A DNA stretch of 42,750 bases, from IMG/VR virus record IMGVR_UViG_2703718822_000008, positions 1-42,750 of that record; one strand, given 5' to 3'. The position numbers and the translations under genes are program-made. Of the stretch, positions 1 to 9,997 are shown piece after piece. The notes under the pieces were generated by a model. The model had not been told where the DNA came from and searched no databases. It saw only the letters and a program-made list of their open reading frames with translations. Position 1 is the first letter of the stretch; every line of letters starts with the position of its first letter. Source of the DNA: a virus. Taxonomy: Duplodnaviria > Heunggongvirae > Uroviricota > Caudoviricetes.

Positions 1-933
1 ATGGACAACGACAAAATTGATCAACACAGCGACGAAATTGAAGTTGAGAGCGAAGAAAAAGAGCGCGGCAAAAAAATAGAAATAGATGAAGATCGACTCC
101 CCTCCCGGGCGATGGCAATTCATGAGCATATCCGACAGGATGGTGAAAAAGAGCTGGAACGCGACGCAATGGCGCTACTGTGGTCAGCCATTGCGGCGGG
201 TCTGTCGATGGGCGCTTCGCTACTGGCAAAAGGGATATTTCATGTCGAACTGGAAGGAGTGCCAGGCAGCTTCTTACTGGAGAATCTCGGTTATACCTTT
301 GGTTTTATTATCGTCATTATGGCCCGCCAGCAATTATTTACCGAAAACACCGTGACTGCGGTACTACCCGTCATGCAAAAACCGACAATGAGCAACGTCG
401 GCTTACTTATGCGATTATGGGGCGTCGTGCTGCTGGGTAATATTCTCGGGACAGGTATTGCTGCATGGGCATTTGAATATATGCCTATCTTCAATGAAGA
501 AACTCGCGATGCATTTGTCAAAATCGGCATGGATGTGATGAAGAACACCCCCAGCGAGATGTTTGCCAACGCGATCATTTCCGGCTGGCTGATCGCCACT
601 ATGGTTTGGATGTTTCCTGCTGCGGGTGCGGCAAAGATTGTGGTGATTATATTGATGACCTGGCTTATTGCACTGGGTGACACCACCCACATCGTTGTCG
701 GTTCTGTTGAAATCCTCTATCTGGTGTTTAACGGCACGCTGCACTGGAGCGATTTCATCTGGCCCTTCGCACTACCTACTTTAGCGGGGAACATCTGCGG
801 CGGCACCTTTATCTTCGCGTTAATGAGTCATGCACAGATTCGTAACGACATGAGCAACAAGCGTAAAGCAGAAGCACGCCAAAAAGCAGAACGTGCGGAA
901 AACATTAAGAAAAATGATAAAAACCCAGCATAA
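1..933 (+). CDS. yfdC: Formate/nitrite transporter family inner-membrane protein YfdC (host gene)
   Basis: 310-aa ORF with multiple hydrophobic segments; matches my recollection of E. coli YfdC; sits immediately upstream of argW as in E. coli K-12. Confidence 0.8.
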   Translation: MDNDKIDQHSDEIEVESEEKERGKKIEIDEDRLPSRAMAIHEHIRQDGEKELERDAMALLWSAIAAGLSMGASLLAKGIFHVELEGVPGSFLLENLGYTFGFIIVIMARQQLFTENTVTAVLPVMQKPTMSNVGLLMRLWGVVLLGNILGTGIAAWAFEYMPIFNEETRDAFVKIGMDVMKNTPSEMFANAIISGWLIATMVWMFPAAGAAKIVVIILMTWLIALGDTTHIVVGSVEILYLVFNGTLHWSDFIWPFALPTLAGNICGGTFIFALMSHAQIRNDMSNKRKAEARQKAERAENIKKNDKNPA

Positions 934-1008
934 ATGGCGAGGGTTTAAGCAATCGAGCGGCAGCGTACTTACCCCGCAGTCCATTAGCGGGTATACTCAT
1001 GCCGCATT

Positions 1009-1083
1009 GTCCTCTTAGTTAAATGGATATAACGAGCCCCTCCTAAGGGCTAATTGCAGGTTCGATTCCTGCAGGGGACACCA
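1009..1083 (+). tRNA. argW: tRNA-Arg (anticodon CCU), prophage attachment target
   Basis: 75-nt sequence gtcctcttagttaaatggatataacgagcccctcctaagggctaattgcaggttcgattcctgcaggggacacca; acceptor, D-, anticodon (ctCCTaa loop) and T-arms (ggttcgattcc) recognisable; 3' CCA encoded. Confidence 0.9.
1069..1083 (+). repeat. attL core (3' end of argW), ctgcaggggacacca
   Basis: Exact 15-bp direct repeat with 41047-41061; the flanks on both sides differ. Confidence 0.7.
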
Positions 1084-1244
1084 TTTATCAGTTCGCTCCC
1101 ATCCGTACCAGTCCGCAAAATCCCCTGAATATCAAGTCTTCCGTAGATTCACAGTTCGTCATGGTTCGCTTCAGATCGTTGACAGCCGCACTCCATGACG
1201 GGTAAAAAGTGGATAAAATAATTTTACCTACCGGATTTTTACCC

Positions 1245-2402
1245 ATGCTCACCGTTAAGCAGATTGAAGCAGCAAAGCCGAAAGAAAAACCATATCGCCT
1301 TCTCGATGGTAATGGCCTGTACCTTTATGTCCCTGTATCAGGGAAAAAGGTATGGCAGCTTCGCTACAAGATTGACGGTAAGGAGAAAATCCTGACCGTC
1401 GGAAAATATCCGCTTATGACTTTGCAGGAAGCAAGGGATAAGGCATGGACTGCGAGGAAAGACATCTCGGCTGGCATCGATCCGGTAAAGGCGAAAAAGG
1501 CTTCGTCTAACAACAATTCCTTTAGTGCGATTTACAAGGAATGGTACGAGCACAAGAAGCAAGTCTGGTCTGTAGGGTATGCGACTGAACTTGCAAAAAT
1601 GTTTGATGACGACATTTTACCTATCATCGGCGGCCTTGAAATTCAGGATATTGAGCCTATGCAACTGCTGGGAGTAATCCGCAGGTTTGAAGATCGCGGC
1701 GCAATGGAGCGAGCCAACAAAGCACGCAGAAGATGCGGCGAGGTTTTCCGTTACGCTATTGTTACTGGTAGGGCTAAATATAACCCGGCACCTGACCTTG
1801 CTGACGCCATGAAGGGATACCGCAAGAAGAACTTCCCGTTTCTTCCTGCAGACCAGATCCCGGCATTCAACAAAGCACTGGCAACATTTTCAGGAAGTAT
1901 CGTATCGCTCATTGCGACCAAAGTTTTACGCTACACAGCCCTAAGAACGAAAGAGCTTCGTTCCATGCAATGGAAGAACGTCGATTTTGAAAACAGGATT
2001 ATCACCATCGACGCCAGTGTGATGAAGGGACGCAAAATTCATGTGGTCCCGATGTCAGACCAGGTGGTTGAACTTCTCACTACGCTAAGCTCAATCACCA
2101 AACCAGTATCAGAGTTTGTTTTTGCCGGGCGCAACGATAAGAAGAAGCCAATCTGCGAGAACGCGGTACTGCTTGTGATCAAACAAATCGGCTATGAGGG
2201 TCTGGAAAGCGGTCACGGATTCAGGCATGAATTCAGCACGATTATGAACGAGCACGAATGGCCTGCTGACGCTATTGAAGTGCAGCTGGCACATGCCAAC
2301 GGTGGATCTGTGCGCGGTATTTACAACCATGCTCAGTATCTCGATAAGCGCAGAGAAATGATGCAGTGGTGGGCGGATTGGCTTGATGAAAAGGAGGGGT
2401 AA
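1245..2402 (+). CDS. intS: Tyrosine integrase, IntS-like (lambda integrase family)
   Basis: ORF 1209-2402 (GTG at 1209); the ATG at 1245 gives MLTVKQIEAAKPKEKPYRLL, which matches the recalled IntS N-terminus (385 aa); C-terminal catalytic region with R..HGFRH..Y; adjacent to argW. Confidence 0.8.
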   Translation: MLTVKQIEAAKPKEKPYRLLDGNGLYLYVPVSGKKVWQLRYKIDGKEKILTVGKYPLMTLQEARDKAWTARKDISAGIDPVKAKKASSNNNSFSAIYKEWYEHKKQVWSVGYATELAKMFDDDILPIIGGLEIQDIEPMQLLGVIRRFEDRGAMERANKARRRCGEVFRYAIVTGRAKYNPAPDLADAMKGYRKKNFPFLPADQIPAFNKALATFSGSIVSLIATKVLRYTALRTKELRSMQWKNVDFENRIITIDASVMKGRKIHVVPMSDQVVELLTTLSSITKPVSEFVFAGRNDKKKPICENAVLLVIKQIGYEGLESGHGFRHEFSTIMNEHEWPADAIEVQLAHANGGSVRGIYNHAQYLDKRREMMQWWADWLDEKEG

Positions 2403-2428
2403 ACATCCATACAATATCTCTGATAGAA

Positions 2429-2458
2429 CAAAGCCTCGCGCTGGATCGCAAGGCTTTG
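2429..2458. terminator. Hairpin between the convergent integrase and tailspike genes (possible bidirectional terminator)
   Basis: caaagcct-N14-aggctttg inverted repeat in the 190-bp gap between two convergent genes; no strong U-run, so weak. Confidence 0.3.
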
Positions 2459-2592
2459 TGTGTCTCAGTTTAACATTATCATTAAACTAAACAAATAAGG
2501 AACTAACAAATAAATGCATAGTGCACTTTATTTCGTATATCATTTCGAAAATAAAGACAAAATAGTTGCAGTAAATGTTGATGTACCATTGT

Positions 2593-4920
2593 TCATAATA
2601 CAAGTTTTACCACCTGAGTATCCAGATATGGTTTGCGAAACTGGACTTCCTGTTGTTGGGAAAATGGTGATTTCACCCCCCCCTTCAATACTCTAACTTT
2701 GCCCGTAACATCAACCGATGAACTTGAAACAGACGTGAGAGATCCGTTGGTCATTGTATAAAAGTTTATAGTTCCTGTTGCTGTTCTGCTTACACCACAT
2801 CCTGATTTTTGCTTCTGTTTATAGTTAAACAATACCAGCAGGCCAACAGGCATTGACTCAAGCTCAACTGCTGTAGACTGGTAGGTCTTACTGCCGTTGC
2901 TCATGTCAGGAGCCTCATCGTCTGGATCAGAAAAATTATACCCAAGAGTTAAATCATTAACCGTGGCATTATTCCCTGTTATTCCTTTGACTTGATTAAC
3001 ACTTAACGGTATGTAATTAAACCCTGCAAAAAGCGGTGTTAACTTTTCTCTAAATAAAAGGCCTGGTGGGTATACTACCGAAGGTGTACCATCATATGTC
3101 ACTGAGATAATATTAAGTCCCTTTTTAAGGGTTCCAATGCGCGTTGTTTGTTTGCCTGTAAATGATGTTAGCCCATTGCTGGCAACTTTACCTGATAGAT
3201 AAGAAGAGTTCCTGATGTCATTGAGAATGACATTGAACTGGTTAACACGATTTGATGAAGTATAAGTTGGGTTATATGGCTCAAATAATGTTACAGAGAT
3301 ATCGCTTGTATCACTCCATACAAAATACCGACAAATAACATTTTCATTTGAAGGCGTAATCCTTCCCCATCCACCAAGCGCATCAAGATAATCACCTCCA
3401 CTTAATATCGAAATTGATGGGTAGTATCTTGTATTTGAAGGGTATCCAATACCAATAAATGAAAGTTGAGTAGTAGGGATTAGGTTCTTATTTTTTACAG
3501 CTGTATAAACGCGCTCTTTTAATACCTCTTTTGCAGCATAAGCACCGATGTATGCATGACCTATCGTTGATGGATGGCTCTGGTCAAAGACAGTGCCGCC
3601 ATCACGTTTGGCAACATCAGATATGGAGTACGCGCCAATATCTGCATAAGCGTCAGTTGTGGCAACTGACAGATCCAGAAACTCAACTTTTTGAAAAAGA
3701 CGCTCGATACGCTTCTTAATGGCTGCCTCCAGAAAAGCCTTTGGCGCATCGTTATTATTTACAGTAACAAAGCATATCGGACAACCATATCCCCATGATT
3801 TTCTAATCAACTTTTCAAACTCATGAAAATACGCTTCAAATCCTATTGTTGGAAGTATTCCATTGTCATTAAAACCAAGGCTTATAAAAAGAACATCAGG
3901 AGCTTTTTTTCCATACGCAGCATTCTGGAAAAATCCATAGTCGAAGTTTTCATAACCCCAACCTGTGGCTAAAGCCTTTCCTGAAGAGGCACAGTTGTAT
4001 CCTTTAAAAATATTTGTTGTACTGTCAGATAGCATGTTCAGGCAATCAGTGAAGATCCTGAACCAGGAATACTTTCCGCCATTGAGGTTGTGGTTGTGGT
4101 TGGTTGAATTAAGATTACCATCGCTATCAGTTGGGTTTGGTTCCCATCCAGAACTATAGGCTCCATCCGTTATAGAATCACCAATGATACCTACATGGCA
4201 ATCTTCTACAGTTGATGGGTAACCCTGCTTATTTGCAAATTTAGCAATTGTTCCAAGAGCAGTAAAATCAGGGCCATTGTTAGATAGACCAACATCAAAA
4301 ACATGCTCATTACCCCATGGATCTCTTGTAAGTATTTTCCCTTCACCTTTTAACTTTGTCACATCATCTTCAGGAAGAAGATTGCATCTTACCGTTATAT
4401 TCCTTGGTATATATACATTTCCTTCTTGTCCAAAAATAATATCTCTGTTATCAGTGTTCAAATCTGAAACAAAACTGGTAACTATTTTTCCATTATTAAT
4501 CTCATCAAGCGAGTCACCAACAGTTGACGTTGCATAACCAACAATGTATGCACCATTTGCAGATGAAAGTTGATAACTAAATTGATCTGGATCGTACTTC
4601 AGCACATTCGGGAAATAGAACTGCTGCACACCATACGCATCATATACAGCCATAGAATGGCCTTGCACAGTTACGAACTTGGCAATCTGCCCGTTATATA
4701 CCGGGTAACCAGCAGCGTTAATGATGATTGGTTGCGAAACAGGAACGTGAGAACCGTCTTCGTTTTCCACATAAACCTGAATTTGGTTTTCAGGATTTAC
4801 CGGGTCCGTGTCAATTTTACCAATATAAATTTTTCCATTAGCTACGGCTTTAAAAGAACGAGCCATAGTGAAGAGTTGCGAAGGCATTCCTATAACCACA
4901 TTTGGTGTTATATTAGTCAT
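2593..4920 (-). CDS. Tailspike protein: P22 gp9-type head-binding N-terminal domain with an SGNH/GDSL esterase-like central domain
   Basis: From the ATG at 4920 the N-terminus MTNITPNVV...[38 protein letters not shown] closely matches the recalled P22 tailspike head-binding domain; SGNH blocks GDSITDG (nt 4174-4182), GFNDNG and DQSHP follow; last gene of the virion module; the track ORF extends upstream to 5022 but the homology start is 4920. Confidence 0.8.
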   Translation of the reverse strand: MTNITPNVVIGMPSQLFTMARSFKAVANGKIYIGKIDTDPVNPENQIQVYVENEDGSHVPVSQPIIINAAGYPVYNGQIAKFVTVQGHSMAVYDAYGVQQFYFPNVLKYDPDQFSYQLSSANGAYIVGYATSTVGDSLDEINNGKIVTSFVSDLNTDNRDIIFGQEGNVYIPRNITVRCNLLPEDDVTKLKGEGKILTRDPWGNEHVFDVGLSNNGPDFTALGTIAKFANKQGYPSTVEDCHVGIIGDSITDGAYSSGWEPNPTDSDGNLNSTNHNHNLNGGKYSWFRIFTDCLNMLSDSTTNIFKGYNCASSGKALATGWGYENFDYGFFQNAAYGKKAPDVLFISLGFNDNGILPTIGFEAYFHEFEKLIRKSWGYGCPICFVTVNNNDAPKAFLEAAIKKRIERLFQKVEFLDLSVATTDAYADIGAYSISDVAKRDGGTVFDQSHPSTIGHAYIGAYAAKEVLKERVYTAVKNKNLIPTTQLSFIGIGYPSNTRYYPSISILSGGDYLDALGGWGRITPSNENVICRYFVWSDTSDISVTLFEPYNPTYTSSNRVNQFNVILNDIRNSSYLSGKVASNGLTSFTGKQTTRIGTLKKGLNIISVTYDGTPSVVYPPGLLFREKLTPLFAGFNYIPLSVNQVKGITGNNATVNDLTLGYNFSDPDDEAPDMSNGSKTYQSTAVELESMPVGLLVLFNYKQKQKSGCGVSRTATGTINFYTMTNGSLTSVSSSSVDVTGKVRVLKGGVKSPFSQQQEVQFRKPYLDTQVVKLVL
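2676..2683 (-). repeat. G8 homopolymer (C8 on the plus strand) inside the 3' end of the tailspike coding sequence
   Basis: Direct reading: tttcaccccccccttc; lies 27 codons before the annotated stop. Confidence 0.9.
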
Positions 4921-5111
4921 GTGTGCAATCCTATTAGACATGCTTGATAAAGAAGATAATGGAGTTAATGCTACAAATGACGCTATTGATTTGAAAAATG
5001 ATCTTCTATTCATATTAAACACACATTAATGCAGAAAATTTGCATTAATGTAAGCAAAAAGCTCAATCAACTCCATAGCAATTTAATTTTTAACTGTAAT
5101 TTACATCTACA

Positions 5112-7505
5112 TTACCATGACAACGCATCAGACTTGGCACCCTGAGTCAGGGCGTTAATGACCTTTTGCGCCTGCTGCATGGCTTTCTCAAACGCTGTTG
5201 ATCCGCGTGGGGTATTTGCCATTCGGAGCATTGCATTTCTGAATGGTTCGCTCTCATAGGCGCGAGTAAGAAGTCCGTAGCTTACCGCTGCGCCAGTTGT
5301 CGCCGGGTTCATTGCCGTCCCGTACCCGATAATGAACGGGATGGTTTGCTGCCCTGTTGGTGTTGTTACTGCCGCTTTTGCAGCCTGTTGCGTGGATTGC
5401 AGGTAGTTTTTCAATCCTTTCAGATAAGCAGCATCCTGACCTTTAAATGTGATGCCAGTCTGGTTTTGCAGGATGTTAAGCTGTCGAAGGAACTGGTCAG
5501 GGGAACCACCTGATTTCTCCATCGCCTTTCCAATGATGCCATTGCGCATTTGCGCCCTGCCAACACGACCAACTGAGTTATACAGTGTCTTAATTTCAGA
5601 TTTGTTCTTGCTGAATAGCATGTTATTGACAACTTCCGGCGTCAGATCGCCTTTCATGAGAACATTCTTCAGCCTGGTATTCTTGAGTTTCGCCGCTTCG
5701 TCAGCGTAGACGGCATTGGCCTGCTGATATTTACGGAGAGTATCGTTGCCAAGATTCTGACCAATGGCACCATTGATATCGTCGGTCATTGCCTTGTAAA
5801 CGCGCTGAATGGCAGCATCGGAACGGTTTGGTAACACTGGTCGCTCCCCCTTCACGTCCATTCTGAACTGGCTGCGCAGATCTCTTAATTGCTTCAAATC
5901 CAGATTTACCGGACCATCAGGACCAGCATTGCGAACAAGCTCATCACGATAGGACTGAAGTTTTGAAATAGTCTCGTTATCAGCAACCTTACCAAGCTTC
6001 TGCAGGTTAGATATTTCTGTATCAATCTGCTGAATTGCTCGCGCAGGCTGAATGTTTACTCCAGCCATAGCATTCTGAACCTGCTCCAGTCGATTACCGG
6101 CGGCACGACGAATTCCTGATGTTTTCGCTTTAAGGCTGTCAATAACAACCGCTGGATCATACTCACCGAATTTATCGGCAAATCTCTGCACCAACTGGCT
6201 TCTCGCTTCCTGTTGCGTTGCTCTCATTCCGCTTGTGCCAGCCAGGGGGATATTTTCTGCTGTAGTCTGCGCCATTTTCCCGACGCGGGAAGTAGGCTGT
6301 AACAGGTCTGTGGTGTGCAGAGGAACTCCTTCACGCTCTGCAAACCTGATAGCCTGTTGAGCTTCTGGTGCTATCGAACCACGAACACCACGATAAGCAG
6401 CACCTAATCCACGCCCGGCAGCGTTAATAGCACCGCCAGCCAGCACACCAACGCCTAAATCGGTGGCGAGTGCTTCCGCATCATCTTTCGCACTGTTTGC
6501 AGCAAGTGATCCAACTGCGTTTTCTGCTAGAAGGCGAGTTGCCCCCTGAGCAATTCGACCAGCAAGTGTTGGTGCCTGTGTTGCCGCTCTCTCAACGCCA
6601 GCAGGAGTGAGGTAAGGCAATGCTTCAGCAAATACCCTTCCCTCTGTCGTTTGTGGAGTCAGCGCGCCTTGCTGAAGGCCAAAGTCCTGCTCTAATCCCT
6701 GCGTTGTTACTCGTGGTGCTGGTTGATATGTACCATCGCCAATGCCGAGTTTACCGCCAGCCCAAGCCGCCGCGCTTGTTACAGCATCAGTGAGTTCAGC
6801 AGGTATGTTCGCTACGTTGATTCCTGCCTGTAGTAAGCCGCGCCCGGTTTCAGCAAGTCCATTACCAAGGTCAGACATTATTCCGCCTTGCTGCTGAACA
6901 GGTTTCGGTGCGACAGAACTTACGGGTTGAGGTGGCTGCTGACTGGCTGCCTGCTGCTCAATCTGAGCAAATGGATTATTTGGGTCTGACTGCACGCCTG
7001 ATGCCGATACTTGTTCGGATGACTGTGCTTCCAGTTGTGCAAACGGGTTGTTAGGGTCTTGCTGAGGATGTACCTTTGCAGAGGTGGCGCGCTGTTCGAC
7101 TGTTGAGTCTGTCACCGGGTCACCCGCCCATTGAGCAAAGCGATCATCAACGTAACCGCGGCCTTCAGGTCCTGGCGTATATTCACCACGCTTTGCCTTC
7201 ATAACGTTGCCGGGACCGTCGTGATAAGCCTGAAGAGCGTCACGCCAGTTACCAAACTGCTGGTACATCTTTGCCAGATAGCGCGCGCCAGCGTCAGCCT
7301 GATATTCGGGGTTTTGCATTTGCTCATCGGTATAACCCATATCACGCCATGTCCCAGGCATGACCTGAGTCAATCCTACAGCCCCGGCGGAGCTTACTGC
7401 GGCAGGGTTGTAAGAAGACTCCTTGGCACCCAGTGCAGTCATCAACCCTTCTGGCACACCGTAACGTGCGCCAGCCTGCTCTAACAAATCACGGTAATTA
7501 GCCAT
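5112..7505 (-). CDS. Ejection/internal virion protein (P22 gp16 position) with N-terminal lytic transglycosylase (SLT) domain
   Basis: 797-aa ORF; N-terminus ...ALGAKESSYNPAAVSSAGAVGLTQVMPGTW... resembles the SLT catalytic region; located between the gp20-like gene and the tailspike. Confidence 0.6.
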   Translation of the reverse strand: MANYRDLLEQAGARYGVPEGLMTALGAKESSYNPAAVSSAGAVGLTQVMPGTWRDMGYTDEQMQNPEYQADAGARYLAKMYQQFGNWRDALQAYHDGPGNVMKAKRGEYTPGPEGRGYVDDRFAQWAGDPVTDSTVEQRATSAKVHPQQDPNNPFAQLEAQSSEQVSASGVQSDPNNPFAQIEQQAASQQPPQPVSSVAPKPVQQQGGIMSDLGNGLAETGRGLLQAGINVANIPAELTDAVTSAAAWAGGKLGIGDGTYQPAPRVTTQGLEQDFGLQQGALTPQTTEGRVFAEALPYLTPAGVERAATQAPTLAGRIAQGATRLLAENAVGSLAANSAKDDAEALATDLGVGVLAGGAINAAGRGLGAAYRGVRGSIAPEAQQAIRFAEREGVPLHTTDLLQPTSRVGKMAQTTAENIPLAGTSGMRATQQEARSQLVQRFADKFGEYDPAVVIDSLKAKTSGIRRAAGNRLEQVQNAMAGVNIQPARAIQQIDTEISNLQKLGKVADNETISKLQSYRDELVRNAGPDGPVNLDLKQLRDLRSQFRMDVKGERPVLPNRSDAAIQRVYKAMTDDINGAIGQNLGNDTLRKYQQANAVYADEAAKLKNTRLKNVLMKGDLTPEVVNNMLFSKNKSEIKTLYNSVGRVGRAQMRNGIIGKAMEKSGGSPDQFLRQLNILQNQTGITFKGQDAAYLKGLKNYLQSTQQAAKAAVTTPTGQQTIPFIIGYGTAMNPATTGAAVSYGLLTRAYESEPFRNAMLRMANTPRGSTAFEKAMQQAQKVINALTQGAKSDALSW

Positions 7506-8837
7506 TTACTGCCCCAAAGATGGAAGATATCCGTAGCGATTAATGAAGTCGATTGACAGCTCGGGGTGCTGCTTCAGGTAATCTATAGAAGCCTGAGGCG
7601 CTTCCACTCGCTTGATACCGTTTTGCTGAACGTACTTACCAACCGCCTCATTACGCTTCTGGTTGAGCGTGTTCAGGATGACGCCAGCGTTGCGACGAAA
7701 GGACTCCTCGCTCTGCGAGTTCTGCAGCGAACCAACAGCCTGGTCGAGCTTTTTGCCCTCGGCATCAGAAAGTGCGCCCATGCCTCGCATGGCCTGAACC
7801 GCTGTCAGGTATGCTTGTGATTTAAAGGTATCAAGTCGTGCCTGAGTGTCTGCAGCCTGTGAGCCTGGAACGTTGGGGATTACTCCACGTAAGCCTGTAA
7901 TGCTCTTAAGTGAAGGAGAACTAACGATATCGTTCAGAGTGAACATGCTGGTTGTGAGGGTGTTGATGCCGTCTTTGTAGCCATCATTTAGCGCTTGCTG
8001 CTTCTGCTGCAACTGCTGGTTGTTGGCTGCTATGCGGCTCTGTATTTCCTGGCGCTTCAGGTCGTTAGTTTCTGCTGATAGCATCCGGTCAAGGCGCTTA
8101 TTTTCGTTGTTAATGCGGTTTGTTTCTGCGTCCAGATTAATGCGCTGCTGACCTAAATTCGCCTGGATATCTTGCCCGCGCATTGTGATTGCCTGATTCC
8201 GAGCGGCGGTTTGCGAATCCAGATCCTGACCGCGCATGGTAACCTGGCGACCCTGCATTTTATCCTGTAGGTCAAAGTATTTTTCGGGTCCGAGACTGTT
8301 CATCCCCAGGTGATCGACAAATTCGCCGAACTGCCGCGGGTTCTGTTGGTACATCTGAGCGACGTCCTGAGGATTAACGCCAACACGAGCTAACTCACCG
8401 GCGTTGTTTTGCAGCCATGATTGCATTGCTTCTGGAGACGATGACGCAAGGCGTGCGCCAGCCGCTAAGGTGCCGATAGAATTACGCTGATCTTCATCAA
8501 TGAATCCCATGCCTTTACGAACGGATTCAATCTGTTCTGGATATTGAGTAGCCAACTGACGCAAAGCACCGCGATCACCAGACGCATAAGCATTAGCGTA
8601 TGCCTGCTGAAATTCTTTCTGCCGCTGAGCCTGCTTTTCCTGCTGAAACACCCCCGCAATACCTGAAAGGCCTTGCAAAGCAGTCAGCCCAACATTGTTA
8701 GCGCCTGAACGCTCAATATCATTGTTCTGCCTGATAAACTGAAGCGTATTGCCGATGTCATTTACGCTCGGAGCGTTTGAGTTGACGCCGCCGATACCAG
8801 CTAACAATCCGCCGTTTGTTCCTTGCCAAGTAGCCAT
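7506..8837 (-). CDS. Ejection protein, P22 gp20-like
   Basis: 443-aa ORF in the syntenic position between gp7-like and gp16-like genes; Q/N/A-rich. Confidence 0.55.
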   Translation of the reverse strand: MATWQGTNGGLLAGIGGVNSNAPSVNDIGNTLQFIRQNNDIERSGANNVGLTALQGLSGIAGVFQQEKQAQRQKEFQQAYANAYASGDRGALRQLATQYPEQIESVRKGMGFIDEDQRNSIGTLAAGARLASSSPEAMQSWLQNNAGELARVGVNPQDVAQMYQQNPRQFGEFVDHLGMNSLGPEKYFDLQDKMQGRQVTMRGQDLDSQTAARNQAITMRGQDIQANLGQQRINLDAETNRINNENKRLDRMLSAETNDLKRQEIQSRIAANNQQLQQKQQALNDGYKDGINTLTTSMFTLNDIVSSPSLKSITGLRGVIPNVPGSQAADTQARLDTFKSQAYLTAVQAMRGMGALSDAEGKKLDQAVGSLQNSQSEESFRRNAGVILNTLNQKRNEAVGKYVQQNGIKRVEAPQASIDYLKQHPELSIDFINRYGYLPSLGQ

Positions 8838-8846
8838 GATTACCCC

Positions 8847-9539
8847 TTAAAACAACGAGCCAAGCAATCCGATACCAGCACCAATGCCAGCGCCCCAAGG
8901 CGTTGATGTTCCCAAAAGACTGGCAAGACCTGCACCGGCAATCGCACCAGACGTTCCGCCACTAATTGCAGTCTGAAGACTTGATGGTTTATTGGCATTA
9001 GCAGCGGCAAGAGCTGCGCTTTGCTGTGCAATGCTGCTCATGTTGTTGGCGTACGTCTGCCCGGCGTTTGCCTGACCTTGCAGCGCACCAAGCCCAACGT
9101 TTGCCAGATTGTTGTAATTGCTCATCTGGTTTGATAACCAAGACTGACCGAGTGTCGGCGCGATCGTAGCCAGTTGATTGCTTGTGGCTGTCGAACCAAG
9201 TCCGCCAGTCGCTTCCGCAGCAGCAAGACTCTGGTAACGAGCCTGACCTGCAAGGTCTTTATACTGCTGAGAATTGTAATACTGATTAAGTGCCTGCCCC
9301 TGACCTTCTAAACTGGAAAGATTCTGAAGCTGGTTAACATACTGCTCCGCAAGCGGCGTGAACGGAGCAAGGTTTTTCATGATCGTCTGCCACTGCTGAT
9401 TTTGCAGGTCTGCGGCATACTTCTGAGCTTCTGCGGCATACTTTGCGCTTTTATCAGAACTGCCACCTTTCCCGCCTTTTTCAGGGCAATAAGGTTCCTC
9501 GCCGCGCAGTTTTCTGCCCAGCTTAAATGCATATAACAT
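8847..9539 (-). CDS. Ejection protein, P22 gp7-like
   Basis: 230-aa ORF (P22 gp7 is about 229 aa); synteny; Gly/Ala-rich C-terminus. Confidence 0.55.
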   Translation of the reverse strand: MLYAFKLGRKLRGEEPYCPEKGGKGGSSDKSAKYAAEAQKYAADLQNQQWQTIMKNLAPFTPLAEQYVNQLQNLSSLEGQGQALNQYYNSQQYKDLAGQARYQSLAAAEATGGLGSTATSNQLATIAPTLGQSWLSNQMSNYNNLANVGLGALQGQANAGQTYANNMSSIAQQSAALAAANANKPSSLQTAISGGTSGAIAGAGLASLLGTSTPWGAGIGAGIGLLGSLF

Positions 9540-9541
9540 GG

Positions 9542-9997
9542 CTATCTCCCGTGATTCAGGAAGTCGATTAGTTCTTCGCGTGTGGCGCTGTAAAACGTCA
9601 CGTCATCCACGCCTTTGAAGTATTTTTTGATGGTTCCTACACGATTAAGGCCAATCATTGCGCAGTACATCTGACCGTGGCGGAATTTGCGTGCAGCGAA
9701 CGATGTGACGCACTGAACGGTGGTGTTAGTCAGAATGTATCGCCAGAAAGCCAGCCCGATTTCCTTGCTGAATCCGCGAATCTCTGGCAGGTACATGGCG
9801 TGGCAATCAAAGGTCAGCGGCTGAATCTCCTGATAGTAAACAATTCCGCCGAACTGCCCGTGCACGTTAACCTCAAAGTAACGGCATTCATGTTTGTAGT
9901 CATATCCATCACCGTTGTTGCTCCCGGCGATAATGTCAGGGTGATTTCCTACTGCTTCGATCAGGTCGATGTTTCGCGTTGGTTTGAATGTAATCAT
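9542..9997 (-). CDS. Head-completion/ejection-associated protein in the P22 gp14 position
   Basis: 151-aa ORF between the tail needle and gp7-like genes; assigned by synteny only. Confidence 0.45.
   Translation of the reverse strand: MITFKPTRNIDLIEAVGNHPDIIAGSNNGDGYDYKHECRYFEVNVHGQFGGIVYYQEIQPLTFDCHAMYLPEIRGFSKEIGLAFWRYILTNTTVQCVTSFAARKFRHGQMYCAMIGLNRVGTIKKYFKGVDDVTFYSATREELIDFLNHGR

Noticed and set aside
1209-1244. Upstream GTG extension of the integrase ORF (MDKIILPTGFLP)
   Set aside because: The recalled IntS homologue starts at MLTVKQ (ATG at 1245); the extension is probably intS promoter/arm-site DNA.
2514-2696. Plus-strand 60-aa ORF in the integrase-tailspike gap
   Set aside because: It lies antisense across the tailspike 3' end and G8 tract, has no SD, and is in AT-rich sequence; probably not a gene (gtr-like cargo is absent here).
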